A DNA stretch of 64,000 nt from positions 8,012-72,011 of IMG/VR virus record IMGVR_UViG_3300033120_000623, one strand, 5' to 3'. Under the pieces are notes generated by a model. That model worked only from the letters and a program-made list of their open reading frames with translations, ran no database searches and was not told the DNA's origin. Positions 63,905-64,000 of this stretch are shown here, piece by piece. Positions within the stretch are counted from its first letter, which is position 1; every line of letters starts with the position of its first letter. The stretch is from a virus. The translations under genes were made by a program, and so were the position numbers.

Positions 63905-64000
63905 AAAATTAAATAATAAATTAAATAGTACAATCTCTACTCACCTGTCTAGTAGTTCATCACATCACATGACTACTAGTTCTACTGTATATAAGATCAA

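Noticed and set aside
1-64000. Integrase, excisionase, CI-like repressor (temperate lifestyle) and terminase
   Set aside because: Apart from the XRE-type HTH at 55095..55514, no tyrosine or serine recombinase motifs or terminase Walker or nuclease motifs were found in any ORF. Terminase presumably lies outside the window. The lifestyle cannot be decided from this window.

Overview
This 64-kb window reads as most of a tailed dsDNA phage genome, about 45% GC. It has an HK97-type head and a lambda-like siphoviral tail. No integrase or terminase lies inside the window.

- **1 to 27.3 kb, plus strand: late module.** It holds a ClpP-family prohead protease (possibly 5'-truncated at the window edge), an HK97-fold major capsid protein with an N-terminal coiled-coil delta domain, and an HK97-family portal. 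The portal unusually lies downstream of the protease and capsid genes. A 694-aa modular collagen-like fibre gene follows. Then come neck proteins, a major tail protein, a G/GT tail-chaperone pair with a -1 programmed frameshift at GGGAAAC, and the tape measure. Next are gpM-, gpL- and gpK-like (NlpC/P60) tail-tip proteins, a gpI-gpJ fusion host-specificity protein of 1416 aa, two paralogous tail fibres, and a holin/lipoprotein/SLT-like lysis cluster. One of the two fibres carries C-terminal BNR/Asp-box repeats.
- **27.3 to 57.9 kb, minus strand: early array.** This is a tightly packed array of more than 60 mostly small genes, each of which I have listed. Recognisable products are a family-A DNA polymerase with a 3'-5' exonuclease domain, an ATP-dependent DNA ligase, an SNF2-family helicase, a PD-(D/E)XK-like nuclease, an HU-like protein and three HNH endonucleases. 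There is also a NAMPT-like plus PRPP-synthetase-like NAD+ salvage pair (NARP-like). The array further contains an SPFH/band-7 lipoprotein, a small 2OG-Fe(II)-oxygenase-like protein and two large Lys/Asp/Glu low-complexity proteins. A tRNA-Pro(UGG) sits next to a roughly 450-nt non-coding segment that carries a 21-bp inverted repeat. A hidden 29-aa lysine-repeat microprotein is encoded nearby.
- **57.9 to 58.9 kb: non-coding control region.** It is dense in tandem repeats and palindromes and is likely a divergent early promoter/operator region.
- **58.9 to 63.4 kb, plus strand, and the right edge.** A rightward operon of ORFans runs to 63.4 kb. A GC-rich, compositionally atypical gene lies on the minus strand at the right edge.

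Functional calls rest on motif-level recognition by eye, not on database searches.
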